The position numbers were made by a program, and so were the translations under genes. From NCBI GenBank assembly GCA_043228905.1, contig JBHGNT010000054.1, positions 62,001 through 126,000 on the forward strand: 64,000 nt of DNA. Reading direction: 5' to 3'. The DNA comes from Azolla caroliniana. Taxonomy: Eukaryota > Plantae > Polypodiophyta. Numbering within the stretch: position 1 is the first letter of the stretch; every line of letters begins with the position of its first letter. Positions 1 through 14,000 of this stretch are shown here, in pieces. Below the pieces are notes generated by a model. That model saw nothing but the letters and a program-made list of their open reading frames with translations, searched no databases and was not told where the DNA came from.

Positions 1-3000
1 TGACGAAAACAAGAATTTTGAGGAAGGCGTAGACAAGAGCGCCTCACTGAGTAAAAATGTTCATAGATGGCTCGTGTGATATCGGATTTTGGTGTTTAAA
101 CATGCGAATCGAAGGTAACGAATCTAGCCATGATATGGAATTAAAAAATAAAGAATTTGATACTCATATCGAGAGACATGAAGAAAAAAGCAATTTTGAG
201 GTAGGCGTAGACAAGAGCGCCTCACTGACTGAATATGTTCATAGATGGCTCGTGTGATATCGAATTTTGGTGTTTAAACATGCAAATCGAAGGTAACGAA
301 TATAGCCATGATATGGAATTGAAAAATCAAGATTTTGAAACTCTGGTCGAGAGACATAAAGAAAAAAGCAATTTTGAGGAAGGCGTAGACAAGAGCGCCT
401 CACTGACTGAAAATGTTCCTAGATGGCTTGTGTGATATCGGATTTTGGTGTTTAAACCTGCGAATCGAAGGTAACGAATATAGCCATGATATGGAATTAA
501 AAAATAAAGAATTTGATACTCATATCGAGAGACATGAAGAAAAAAGCAAATTTGAGGAAGGCGTAGACAAGAGCGCCTCACTGACTAAAAATGTTCATAG
601 ATGGCTCGTTTGATATCGGATTTTGGTGTTTAAACATGCAAATCGAAGGTAACGAAACTAGCCATGATATCGAATTAAAAAATCAAGATTTTGCAACTCA
701 GGTCGAGAGACATGAAGAAAAAAGCAATTTTGAGGAAGGCGTAGACAAGAGCGCCTCACTGACTGAAAATATTCCTAGATGGCTTGTGTGATATCGGATT
801 TTGGTGTTTAAACATGCGAATCGAAGGTAACGAATATAGCCATGATATAGAATTGAAAAATCAAGATTTAAAAACTCAGGTCGAGAGACATAAAGAAAAA
901 AGCAATTTTGAGGAAGGCGTAGACAAGAGCGCCTCACTGACTGAAAATGTTCCTAGATGGCTTGTGTGATATCGGATTTTGGTGTTTAAACCTGCGAATC
1001 GAAGGTAACGAATATAGCCATGATATGGAATTGAAAAATCAAGATTTAAAAACTCAGGTCCAGAGACATGAAGTAAAAAGCAAATTTAAGGAAGCCGTCG
1101 ACAAGAGCGCCTCACTGACTAAAAATGTTCATAGATGGCTCGTGTGATATCGGGTTTTGGTGTTTAAACATGCGAATTGAAGGTAACGAATATAGTCATG
1201 ATATGGAATTGAAAAATCAAGATTTAAAAACTCAGGTCGAGAGACATAAAGTAAAAAGGAAATTTAAGGAAGGCGTCGACAAGAGCGCCTCAATGGATGA
1301 AAAGGTTCATAGATTCCTCGTGTGATATCGGATTTTGGTGTTTAAACATGCGAATCGAAGGTAACGAATCTAGCCATGATATGGAATTAAAAAATCAAGA
1401 TTTTGAAACTCAAGTCAAGATACATGACGAAAACAGCAATTTTGAGGAAGGCGTAGACAAAAGCGCCTCACTGACTGAATATGTTCATAGATTCCTCGTG
1501 TGATATCGGATTTTGGTGTTTAAACATGCGAATCCAAGGTATCGAATCTAGCCATGATATGGAATTAAAAAATCAAAATTTTGAAACTCAAGCCAAGATA
1601 CATGACGAAAACAAGAATTTTGAGGAAGGCGTAGACAAGAGCGCCTCACTGAGTAAAAATGTTCATAGATGGCTCGTGTGATATCGGATTTTGGTGTTTA
1701 AACATGTGAATCGAAGGTAACGAATATAGCAATGATATGGAATTAAAAAATAAACATTTTGATACTCATATCGAGAGACATGAAGAAAAAAGCAATTTTG
1801 AGGAAGGCGTAGACAAGAGCGCATCAATGAATGAAAATGTTCATAGATGGCTCGTGTGATATCGAATTTTGGTGTTTAAACATGCAAATCGAAGGTAACG
1901 AAACTAGCCATGATATCGAATTAAAAAATCAAGATTTTGCAACTCAGGTCGAGAGACATGAAGAGAAAAGCAATTTTGAGGAAGGCGTAGACAAGAGCGC
2001 CTCACTGACTGAAAATGTGCATAGATGGCTCGTGTGATATCGAATTTTGGTGTTTAAACATGCAAATCGAAGGTAACGAAACTAGCCATGATATTGAATT
2101 AAAAAATCAAGATTTTGCAACTCAGGTCGAGAGACATGAAGAAAAAAGCAATTTTGAGGAAGGCGTAGACAAGAGCGCCTCACTGACTGAAAATGTTCAT
2201 AGATGGCTTGTGTGATATCGGATTTTGGTGTTTAAACATGCGAATCGAAGGTAACGAATATAGCCACGACATGGAATTGAAAAATCAAGATTTTGAAACT
2301 CAAGTCGAGAGACATGAAGAAAAAAGCAATTTTGAGGAAGGCGTAGACAAGAGCGCCTCACTGACTGAAAATGTTCATAGATGGCTCGTGTGATATCGGA
2401 TTTTGGTGTTTAAACATGAAAATCGAAGGTAACGAATATAGCCATGATATGGAATTGAAAAATCAAGATTTAAAAACTCTGGTCGAGAGACATAAAGAAA
2501 AAAGCAATTTTGAGGAAGGCGTAGACAAGAGCGCCTAACTGACTGAAAATGTTCCTACATGGCTTGTGTGATATCCGATTTTGGTGTTTAAACATGCGAA
2601 TCGAAGGTAACGAATATAGCCATGATATGGAATTGAAAAATCAAGATTTAAAAACTCAGGTCGAGAGACATAAAGAAAAAAGCAATTTTGAGGAAGCCGT
2701 AGACAAGAGCGCCTCACTGACTGAAAATGTTCATAGATGGCTTGTATGATATCGGATTTTGGTGTTTAAACCTGCGAATCGAAGGTAACGAATATAGCCA
2801 TGATATGGAATTGAAAAATCATCATTTAAAAACTCTGGTCGAGAGACATAAAGAAAAAAGCAATTTTGAGGAAGGCGTAGACAAGAGCGCCTCACTGACT
2901 GAAAATGTTCCTAGATGGCTTGTGTGATATCGGATTTTGGTGTTTAAACCTGCGAATCGAAGGTAACGAATATAGCCATGATATGGAATTGAAAAATCAA

Positions 3001-6000
3001 GATTTAAAAACTCTGGTCGAGAGACATAAAGAAAAAAGCAATTTTGAGGAAGGCGTAGACAAGAGCGCCTCACTGACTGAAAATGTTCCTAGATGGCTTC
3101 TGTGATATCGGATTTTGGTGTTTAAACCTGCGAATCGAAGGTAACGAATATAGCCATGATATGGAATTGAAAAATCAAGATTTAAAAACTCAAGTCGAGA
3201 GACATGAAAAAAAAAGCAATTTTGAGGAAGGCGTAGACAAGAGCGCCTCAATGAATGAAAATGTTCCTAGATGGCTTGTGTGATATCGGATTTTGGTGTT
3301 TAAACCTGCGAATCGAAGGTAACGAATATAGCCATGATATGGAATTGAAAAATCAAGATTTTGAAACTCAAGTCGAGAGACATGACGAAAACAAGAATTT
3401 TGAGGAAGGCGTAGACAAGAGCGCCTCACTGAGTAAAAATGTTCATAGATGGCTCGTGTGATATCGGATTTTGGTGTTTAAACATGCGAATCGAAGGTAA
3501 CGAATCTAGCCATGATATGGAATTAAAAAATAAAGAATTTGATACTCATATCGAGAGACATGAAGAAAAAAGCAATTTTGAGGTAGGCGTAGACAAGAGC
3601 GCCTCACTGACTGAATATGTTCATAGATGGCTCGTGTGATATCGAATTTTGGTGTTTAAACATGCAAATCGAAGGTAACGAATATAGCCATGATATGGAA
3701 TTGAAAAATCAAGATTTTGAAACTCTGGTCGAGAGACATAAAGAAAAAAGCAATTTTGAGGAAGGCGTAGACAAGAGCGCCTCACTGACTGAAAATGTTC
3801 CTAGATGGCTTGTGTGATATCGGATTTTGGTGTTTAAACCTGCGAATCGAAGGTAACGAATATAGCCATGATATGGAATTAAAAAATAAAGAATTTGATA
3901 CTCATATCGAGAGACATGAAGAAAAAAGCAAATTTGAGGAAGGCGTAGACAAGAGCGCCTCACTGACTAAAAATGTTCATAGATGGCTCGTTTGATATCG
4001 GATTTTGGTGTTTAAACATGCAAATCGAAGGTAACGAAACTAGCCATGATATCGAATTAAAAAATCAAGATTTTGCAACTCAGGTCGAGAGACATGAAGA
4101 AAAAAGCAATTTTGAGGAAGGCGTAGACAAGAGCGCCTCACTGACTGAAAATATTCCTAGATGGCTTGTGTGATATCGGATTTTGGTGTTTAAACATGCG
4201 AATCGAAGGTAACGAATATAGCCATGATATAGAATTGAAAAATCAAGATTTAAAAACTCAGGTCGAGAGACATAAAGAAAAAAGCAATTTTGAGGAAGGC
4301 GTAGACAAGAGCGCCTCACTGACTGAAAATGTTCCTAGATGGCTTGTGTGATATCGGATTTTGGTGTTTAAACCTGCGAATCGAAGGTAACGAATATAGC
4401 CATGATATGGAATTGAAAAATCAAGATTTAAAAACTCAGGTCCAGAGACATGAAGTAAAAAGCAAATTTAAGGAAGCCGTCGACAAGAGCGCCTCACTGA
4501 CTAAAAATGTTCATAGATGGCTCGTGTGATATCGGGTTTTGGTGTTTAAACATGCGAATTGAAGGTAACGAATATAGTCATGATATGGAATTGAAAAATC
4601 AAGATTTAAAAACTCAGGTCGAGAGACATAAAGTAAAAAGGAAATTTAAGGAAGGCGTCGACAAGAGCGCCTCAATGGATGAAAAGGTTCATAGATTCCT
4701 CGTGTGATATCGGATTTTGGTGTTTAAACATGCGAATCGAAGGTAACGAATCTAGCCATGATATGGAATTAAAAAATCAAGATTTTGAAACTCAAGTCAA
4801 GATACATGACGAAAACAGCAATTTTGAGGAAGGCGTAGACAAAAGCGCCTCACTGACTGAATATGTTCATAGATTCCTCGTGTGATATCGGATTTTGGTG
4901 TTTAAACATGCGAATCCAAGGTATCGAATCTAGCCATGATATGGAATTAAAAAATCAAAATTTTGAAACTCAAGCCAAGATACATGACGAAAACAAGAAT
5001 TTTGAGGAAGGCGTAGACAAGAGCGCCTCACTGAGTAAAAATGTTCATAGATGGCTCGTGTGATATCGGATTTTGGTGTTTAAACATGTGAATCGAAGGT
5101 AACGAATATAGCAATGATATGGAATTAAAAAATAAACATTTTGATACTCATATCGAGAGACATGAAGAAAAAAGCAATTTTGAGGAAGGCGTAGACAAGA
5201 GCGCATCAATGAATGAAAATGTTCATAGATGGCTCGTGTGATATCGAATTTTGGTGTTTAAACATGCAAATCGAAGGTAACGAAACTAGCCATGATATCG
5301 AATTAAAAAATCAAGATTTTGCAACTCAGGTCGAGAGACATGAAGAGAAAAGCAATTTTGAGGAAGGCGTAGACAAGAGCGCCTCACTGACTGAAAATGT
5401 GCATAGATGGCTCGTGTGATATCGAATTTTGGTGTTTAAACATGCAAATCGAAGGTAACGAAACTAGCCATGATATTGAATTAAAAAATCAAGATTTTGC
5501 AACTCAGGTCGAGAGACATGAAGAAAAAAGCAATTTTGAGGAAGGCGTAGACAAGAGCGCCTCACTGACTGAAAATGTTCATAGATGGCTTGTGTGATAT
5601 CGGATTTTGGTGTTTAAACATGCGAATCGAAGGTAACGAATATAGCCACGACATGGAATTGAAAAATCAAGATTTTGAAACTCAAGTCGAGAGACATGAA
5701 GAAAAAAGCAATTTTGAGGAAGGCGTAGACAAGAGCGCCTCACTGACTGAAAATGTTCATAGATGGCTCGTGTGATATCGGATTTTGGTGTTTAAACATG
5801 AAAATCGAAGGTAACGAATATAGCCATGATATGGAATTGAAAAATCAAGATTTAAAAACTCTGGTCGAGAGACATAAAGAAAAAAGCAATTTTGAGGAAG
5901 GCGTAGACAAGAGCGCCTAACTGACTGAAAATGTTCCTACATGGCTTGTGTGATATCCGATTTTGGTGTTTAAACATGCGAATCGAAGGTAACGAATATA

Positions 6001-7262
6001 GCCATGATATGGAATTGAAAAATCAAGATTTAAAAACTCAGGTCGAGAGACATAAAGAAAAAAGCAATTTTGAGGAAGCCGTAGACAAGAGCGCCTCACT
6101 GACTGAAAATGTTCATAGATGGCTTGTATGATATCGGATTTTGGTGTTTAAACCTGCGAATCGAAGGTAACGAATATAGCCATGATATGGAATTGAAAAA
6201 TCAACATTTAAAAACTCTGGTCGAGAGACATAAAGAAAAAAGCAATTTTGAGGAAGGCGTAGACAAGAGCGCCTCACTGACTGAAAATGTTCCTAGATGG
6301 CTTGTGTGATATCGGATTTTGGTGTTTAAACCTGCGAATCGAAGGTAACGAATATAGCCATGATATGGAATTGAAAAATCAAGATTTAAAAACTCTGGTC
6401 GAGAGACATAAAGAAAAAAGCAATTTTGAGGAAGGCGTAGACAAGAGCGCCTCACTGACTGAAAATGTTCCTAGATGGCTTCTGTGATATCGGATTTTGG
6501 TGTTTAAACCTGCGAATCGAAGGTAACGAATATAGCCATGATATGGAATTGAAAAATCAAGATTTAAAAACTCAAGTCGAGAGACATGAAAAAAAAAGCA
6601 ATTTTGAGGAAGGCGTAGACAAGAGCGCCTCAATGAATGAAAATGTTCCTAGATGGCTTGTGTGATATCGGATTTTGGTGTTTAAACCTGCGAATCGAAG
6701 GTAACGAATATAGCCATGATATGGAATTGAAAAATCAAGATTTTGAAACTCAAGTCGAGAGACATGACGAAAACAAGAATTTTGAGGAAGGCGTAGACAA
6801 GAGCGCCTCACTGAGTAAAAATGTTCATAGATGGCTCGTGTGATATCGGATTTTGGTGTTTAAACATGCGAATCGAAGGTAACGAATCTAGCCATGATAT
6901 GGAATTAAAAAATAAAGAATTTGATACTCATATCGAGAGACATGAAGAAAAAAGCAATTTTGAGGTAGGCGTAGACAAGAGCGCCTCACTGACTGAATAT
7001 GTTCATAGATGGCTCGTGTGATATCGAATTTTGGTGTTTAAACATGCAAATCGAAGGTAACGAATATAGCCATGATATGGAATTGAAAAATCAAGATTTT
7101 GAAACTCTGGTCGAGAGACATAAAGAAAAAAGCAATTTTGAGGAAGGCGTAGACAAGAGCGCCTCACTGACTGAAAATGTTCCTAGATGGCTTGTGTGAT
7201 ATCGGATTTTGGTGTTTAAACCTGCGAATCGAAGGTAACGAATATAGCCATGATATGGAATT
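1..7262. repeat. 19-monomer higher-order repeat (3382 bp), about 2.15 tandem copies
   Basis: The ordered series of monomer variants recurs at +3382 = 19x178 (57/3439/6821, 1481/4863, 2015/5397, 3083/6465). The only difference I noticed between copies 1 and 2 is T2822 vs A6204. The third copy diverges at about 7263. Confidence 0.95.
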
Positions 7263-8289
7263 GAAAAATCAAGATTTAAAAACTCAGGTCCAGAGACATG
7301 AAGTAAAAAGCAAATTTAAGGAAGCCGTCGACAAGAGCGCCACAATGAATGAAAATGTTCCTAGATGGCTTGTGTGATATCGGATTTTGGTGTTTAAACC
7401 TGCGAATCGAAGGTAACGAATATAGCCATGATATGGAATTGAAAAATCAAGATTTAAAAACTCAGGTCCAGAGACATGAAGTAAAAAGCAAATTTAAGGA
7501 AGCCGTCGACAAGAGCGCCTCACTGACTAAAAATGTTCATAGATGGCTCGTGTGATATCGGGTTATGGTGTTTAAACATGCGAATTGAAGGTAACGAATA
7601 TAGCCATGATATGGAATTGAAAAATCAAGATTTAAAAACTCAGGTCGAGAGACATAAAGTAAAAATAAAATTTAAGGAAGGCGTCGACAAGAGCTCCTCA
7701 ATGGATGAAAAGGTTCATAGATTCCTCGTGTGATATCGGATTTTGGTGTTTAAACATGCGAATCGAAGGTAACGAATCTAGCCATGATATGGAATTAAAA
7801 AATCAAGATTTTGAAACTCAAGTCAAGATACATGACGAAAACAGCAATTTTGAGGAAGGCGTAGACAAAAGCGCCTCACTGACTGAATATGTTCATAGAT
7901 TCCTCGTGTGATATCGGATTTTGGTGTTTAAACATGCGAATCCAAGGTATCGAATCTAGCCATGATATCGAATTAAAAAATCAAGATTTTGCAACTCAGG
8001 TCGAGAGACATGAAGAAAAAAGCAATTTTGAGGAAGGCGTAGACAAGAGCGCCTCACTGACTGAAAATGTGCATAGATGGCTCGTGTGATATCGAATTTT
8101 GGTGTTTAAACATGCAAATCGAAGGTAACGAAACTAGCCATGATATTGAATTAAAAAATCAAGATTTTGCAACTCAGGTCGAGAGACATGAAGAAAAAAG
8201 CAATTTTGAGGAAGGCGTAGACAAGAGCGCCTCACTGACTGAAAATGTTCATAGATGGCTTGTGTGATATCGGATTTTGGTGTTTAAAC

Positions 8290-9770
8290 ATGCGAATCGA
8301 AGGTAACGAATATAGCCACGACATGGAATTGAAAAATCAAGATTTTGAAACTCAAGTCGAGAGACATGAAGAAAAAAGCAATTTTGAGGAAGGCGTAGAC
8401 AAGACCGCCTCACTGACTGAAAATGTTCATAGATGGCTCGTGTGATATCGGATTTTGGTGTTTAAACATGAAAATCGAAGGTAACGAATATAGCCATGAT
8501 ATGGAATTGAAAAATCAAGATTTAAAAACTCTGGTCGAGAGACATAAAGAAAAAAGCAATTTTGAGGAAGGCGTAGACAAGAGCGCCTAACTGACTGAAA
8601 ATGTTCCTACATGGCTTGTGTGATATCGGATTTTGGTGTTTAAACATGCGAATCGAAGGTAACGAATATAGCCATGATATGGAATTGAAAAATCAAGATT
8701 TAAAAACTCAGGTCGAGAGACATAAAGAAAAAAGCAATTTTGAGGAAGCCGTAGACAAGAGCGCCTCACTGACTGAAAATGTTCATAGATGGCTTGTATG
8801 ATATCGGATTTTGGTGTTTAAACCTGCGAATCGAAGGTAACGAATATAGCCATGATATGGAATTGAAAAATCAAGATTTAAAAACTCTGGTCGAGAGACA
8901 TAAAGAAAAAAGCAATTTTGAGGAAGGCGTAGACAAGAGCGCCTAACTGACTGAAAATGTTCCTACATGGCTTGTGTGATATCGGATTTTGGTGTTTAAA
9001 CATGCGAATCGAAGGTAACGAAACTAGCCATGATATCGAATTAAAAAATCAAGATTTTGCAACTCAGGTCGAGAGACATGAAGAAAAAAGCAATTTTGAG
9101 GAAGGCGTAGACAAGAGCGCCTCACTGACTGAAAATGTTCATAGATGGCTTGTGTGATATCGGATTTTGGTGTTTAAACATGCAATCGAAGGTAACGAAT
9201 ATAGCCACGACATGGAATTGAAAAATCAAGATTTTGAAACTCAAGTCGAGAGACATGAAGAAAAAAGCAATTTTGAGGAAGGCGTAGACAAGACCGCCTC
9301 ACTGACTGAAAATGTTCATAGATGGCTCGTGTGATATCGGATTTTGGTGTTTAAACATGAAAATCGAAGGTAACGAATATAGCCATGATATGGAATTGAA
9401 AAATCAAGATTTAAAAACTCTGGTCGAGAGACATAAAGAAAAAAGCAATTTTGAGGAAGGCGTAGACAAGAGCGCCTAACTGACTGAAAATGTTCCTACA
9501 TGGCTTGTGTGATATCGGATTTTGGTGTTTAAACATGCGAATCGAAGGTAACGAATATAGCCATGATATGGAATTGAAAAATCAAGATTTAAAAACTCAG
9601 GTCGAGAGACATAAAGAAAAAAGCAATTTTGAGGAAGCCGTAGACAAGAGCGCCTCACTGACTGAAAATGTTCATAGATGGCTTGTATGATATCGGATTT
9701 TGGTGTTTAAACCTGCGAATCGAAGGTAACGAATATAGCCATGATATGGAATTGAAAAATCAAGATTTAA
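8290..9770. repeat. Local 5-monomer duplication (889 bp period)
   Basis: Monomers 8601/9490 and 8779/9668, and the rare gaccgcc and catgaaaatc variants, recur at +889 = 5x178-1 (1-bp deletion in catgcaatcg at about 9184). Confidence 0.75.
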
Positions 9771-11063
9771 AAACTCAGGTCCAGAGACATGAAGTAAAAA
9801 GCAAATTTAAGGAAGCCGTCGACAAGAGCGCCTCACTGACTAAAAATGTTCATAGATGGCTCGTGTGATATCGGGTTTTGGTGTTTAAACATGCGAATTG
9901 AAGGTAACGAATATAGCCATGATATGGAATTGAAAAATCAAGATTTAAAAACTCAGGTCGAGAGACATAAAGTAAAAAGGAAATTTAAGGAAGGCGTCGA
10001 CAAGAGCGCCTCAATGGATGAAAAGGTTCATAGATTCCTCGTGTGATATCGGATTTTGGTGTTTAAACATGCGAATCGAAGGTAACGAATCTAGCCATGA
10101 TATGGAATTAAAAAATCAAGATTTTGAAACTCAAGTCAAGATACATGACGAAAACAGCAATTTTGAGGAAGGCGTAGACAAAAGCGCCTCACTGACTGAA
10201 TATGTTCATAGATTCCTCGTGTGATATCGGATTTTGGTGTTTAAACATGCGAATCCAAGGTATCGAATCTAGCCATGATATGGAATTAAAAAATCAAGAT
10301 TTTGAAACTCAAGCCAAGATACATGACGAAAACAAGAATTTTGAGGAAGGCGTAGACAAGAGCGCCTCACTGAGTAAAAATGTTCATAGATGGCTCGTGT
10401 GATATCGGATTTTGGTGTTTAAACATGTGAATCGAAGGTAACGAATATAGCAATGATATGGAATTAAAAAATAAACATTTTGATACTCATATCGAGAGAC
10501 ATGAAGAAAAAAGCAATTTTGAGGTAGGCGTAGACAAGAGCGCCTCACTGACTAAAAATGTTCATAGATGGCTCGTGTGATATCGAATTTTGGTGTTTAA
10601 ACATGCAAATCGAAGGTAACGAAACTAGCCATGATATCGAATTAAAAAATCAAGATTTTGCAACTCAGGTCGAGAGACATGAAGAAAAAAGCAATTTTGA
10701 GGAAGGCGTAGACAAGAGCGCCTCACTGACTGAAAATGTGCATAGATGGCTCGTGTGATATCGAATTTTGGTGTTTAAACATGCAAATCGAAGGTAACGA
10801 AACTAGCCATGATATTGAATTAAAAAATCAAGATTTTGCAACTCAGGTCGAGAGACATGAAGAAAAAAGCAATTTTGAGGAAGGCGTAGACAAGAGCGCC
10901 TCACTGACTGAAAATGTTCATAGATGGCTTGTGTGATATCGGATTTTGGTGTATAAACATGCGAATCGAAGGTAACGAATATAGCCACGACATGGAATTG
11001 AAAAATCAAGATTTTGAAACTCAAGTCGAGAGACATGAAGAAAAAAGCAATTTTGAGGAAGGT

Positions 11064-14000
11064 GTAGACAAGAGCGCCTCACTGACTGAATATGCTCATA
11101 GATGGCTCGTGTGATATCGGATTTTGGTGTTTAAACATGCGAATCGAAGGTAACGAATATAGCCATGATATGGAATTGAAATATCAAGATTTAAAAACTC
11201 AGGTTGAGAGACATAAAGTAAAAAGCAAATTTAAGGAAGGCGTAGACAAGAGCGCCTAAATGAATGAAAATGTTCATAGATTCCTCGTGTGATATCGGAT
11301 TTTGGTTTTTAAACATGCGAATCGAAGGTAGCGAATATAGCCATGATATGGAATTGAAAAATCAACATTTAAAAACTCTGGTTGAGAGACATAAAGAAAA
11401 AAGCAATTTTGAGGAAGGCGTAGACAAGAGCGCCTCACTGACTGAAAATGTTCCTAGATGGCTTGTGTGATATCGGATTTTGGTGTTTAAACCTGCGAAT
11501 CGAAGGTAACGAATATAGCCATGATATGGAATTGAAAAATCAAGATTTAAAAACTCTGGTCGAGAGACATAAAGAAAAAAGCAATTTTGAGGAAGGCGTA
11601 GACAAGAGCGCCTCACTGACTGAAAATGTTCATAGATGGCTTGTATGATATCGGATTTTGGTGTTTAAACATGCGAATCGAAGGTAACGAAACTAGCCAT
11701 GATATGGAATTGAAAAATGAAGATTTAAAAACTCAGGTCCACAGACATGAAGTAAAAAGCAAATTTAAGGAAGCCGTCGACAAGAGCGCCACAATGAATG
11801 AAAATGTTAATAGATTCCTCGTGTGATATCGGATGTTGGTGTTTAAACATGCGAATCGAAGGTAACGAAACTAGCCATGATATGGAATTCAAAAATCAAG
11901 ATTTAAAAACTCTGGTCGAGAGACATAAAGAAAAAAGCAATTTTGAGGAAGGCGTAGACAAGAGCGCCTCACTGACTGAAAATGTTCCTAGATGGCTTCT
12001 GTGATATCGGATTTTGGTGTTTAAACTTGCGAATCGAAGGTAACGAATATAGCCATGATATGGAATTGAAAAATCAAGATTTAAAAACTCAAGTCGAGAG
12101 ACATGAAAAAAAAAGCAATTTTGAGGAAGGCGTAGACAAGAGCGCCTCAATGAATGAAAATGTTCCTAGATGGCTTGTGTGATATCGGATTTTGGTGTTT
12201 AAACCTGCGAATAGAAGGTAACGAATATAGCCATGATATGGAATTGAAAAATCAAGATTTAAAAACTCTGGTCGAGAGACATAAAGAAAAAAGCAATTTT
12301 GAGGAAGGCGTAGACAAGAGCGCCTCACTGACTGAAAATGTTCCTAGATGGCTTGTGTGATATCGGATTTTGGTGTTTAAACCTGCGAATCGAAGGTAAC
12401 GAATATAGCCATGATATGGAATTGAAAAATCAAGATTTAAAAACTCAAGTCGAGAGACATGAAGAAAAAAGCAATTTTGAGGAAGGCGTAGACAAGAGCG
12501 CATCAATGAATGAAAATGTTCATAGATTCCTCGTGTGATATCGGATTTTGGTGTTTAAACATGCGAATCGAAGGTAACGAATATAGCCATGATATGGAAT
12601 TGAAAAATCACGATTTAAAAACTCAGGCCCAGAGACATAAAGTGAAAAGCAAATTTAAGGAAGGTGTCGACAAGAGTGCCACAATGAATGAAAACGCTCA
12701 TAGATTGCTCGTGTGATATCGGATTTTGGTGTTTAAACATGCGAATCGAAGGTAACGAATATAGCCATGATATGGAATTGAAAAAATCAAGATTTAAAAA
12801 CTCAGGTCGAGAGACATAAAGTAAAAAGCAAATTTAAGGAAGGTGTCGACAAGAGCGCCACAATGAATGAAAATGCTCATAGATTGCTCGTGTGATATCG
12901 GATTTTGGTGTTTAAACATGCGAATCGAAGGTAACGAATCTAGCCATGATATGGAATTAAAAAATCAAGATTTTCAAACTCAAGTCGAGAGACATGAAGG
13001 AAAAAGCAAATTTGAGGAAGGCGTAGACAAGAGCGCCTCACTTACTAAAAATGTTCATAGATGGCTCGTGTGATATCGGATTTTGGTGTTTAAACATGCA
13101 AATCGAAGGTAACGAAACTAGCCATGATATGGAATTAAAAAATCAAGATTTTCAAACTCAAGTCGAGAGACATGAAGGAAAAAGCAAATTTGAGGAAGGC
13201 GTAGACAAGAGCGCCTCACTGACTAAAAATGTTCATAGATGGCTCGTGTGATATCGGATTTTGGTGTTTAAACATGCGAATCGAAGGTAACGAATACAGC
13301 CATGATATGGAATTGAAAAATCAAGATTTAAAAACTCTGGTCGAGAGACATGAAGTGAAAAGCAAATTTAAGGAAGGCGTAGACAAGAGCGCCTCAATGG
13401 ATGAAAATGTTCATAGATTCCTCGTGTGATATCGGATTTTGGTGTTTAAACATGCGAATCGAAGGTAACGAATATAGCCATGATATGGAATTGAAAAATC
13501 AAGATTTAAAAACTCAGGTCCAGAGACATGAAGTAAAAAGCAAATTTAAGGAAGCCGTCGACAAGAGCGCCACAATGAATGAAAATGTTAATAGATTCCT
13601 CGTGTGATATCGGATTTTGGTGTTTAAACATGCGAATCGAAGGTAACGAAACTAGCCATGATATGGAATTAAAAAATCAAGATTTTGAAACTCAAGTCGA
13701 GAGACATGAAGGAAAAAGCCATTTTGAGGAAGGCGTAGACAAGAGCGCCTCAATGAATGAAAATGTTCATAGATTCCTCGTGTGATATCGGATTTTGGTG
13801 TTTAAACATGCGAATCGAAGGTAACGAAACTAGCCATGATATGGAATTAAAAAATCAAGATTTTGAAACTCAAGTCGAGAGACATGAAGGAAAAAGCCAT
13901 TTTGAGGAAGGCGTAGACAAGAGCGCCTCAATGACTGAATATGTTCATAGATGGCTCGTGTGATATCGGATTTTGGTGTTGAAACATGCGAATCGAAGGT

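Noticed and set aside
1139-1156. CENP-B box-like motif ctcgtgtgatatcggg in the cgggttt variant monomers
   Set aside because: It does not fit the TTCG-N4-A-N2-CGGG core (CTCG instead of TTCG, and three bases rather than two before CGGG), and occurs only in a minority variant.
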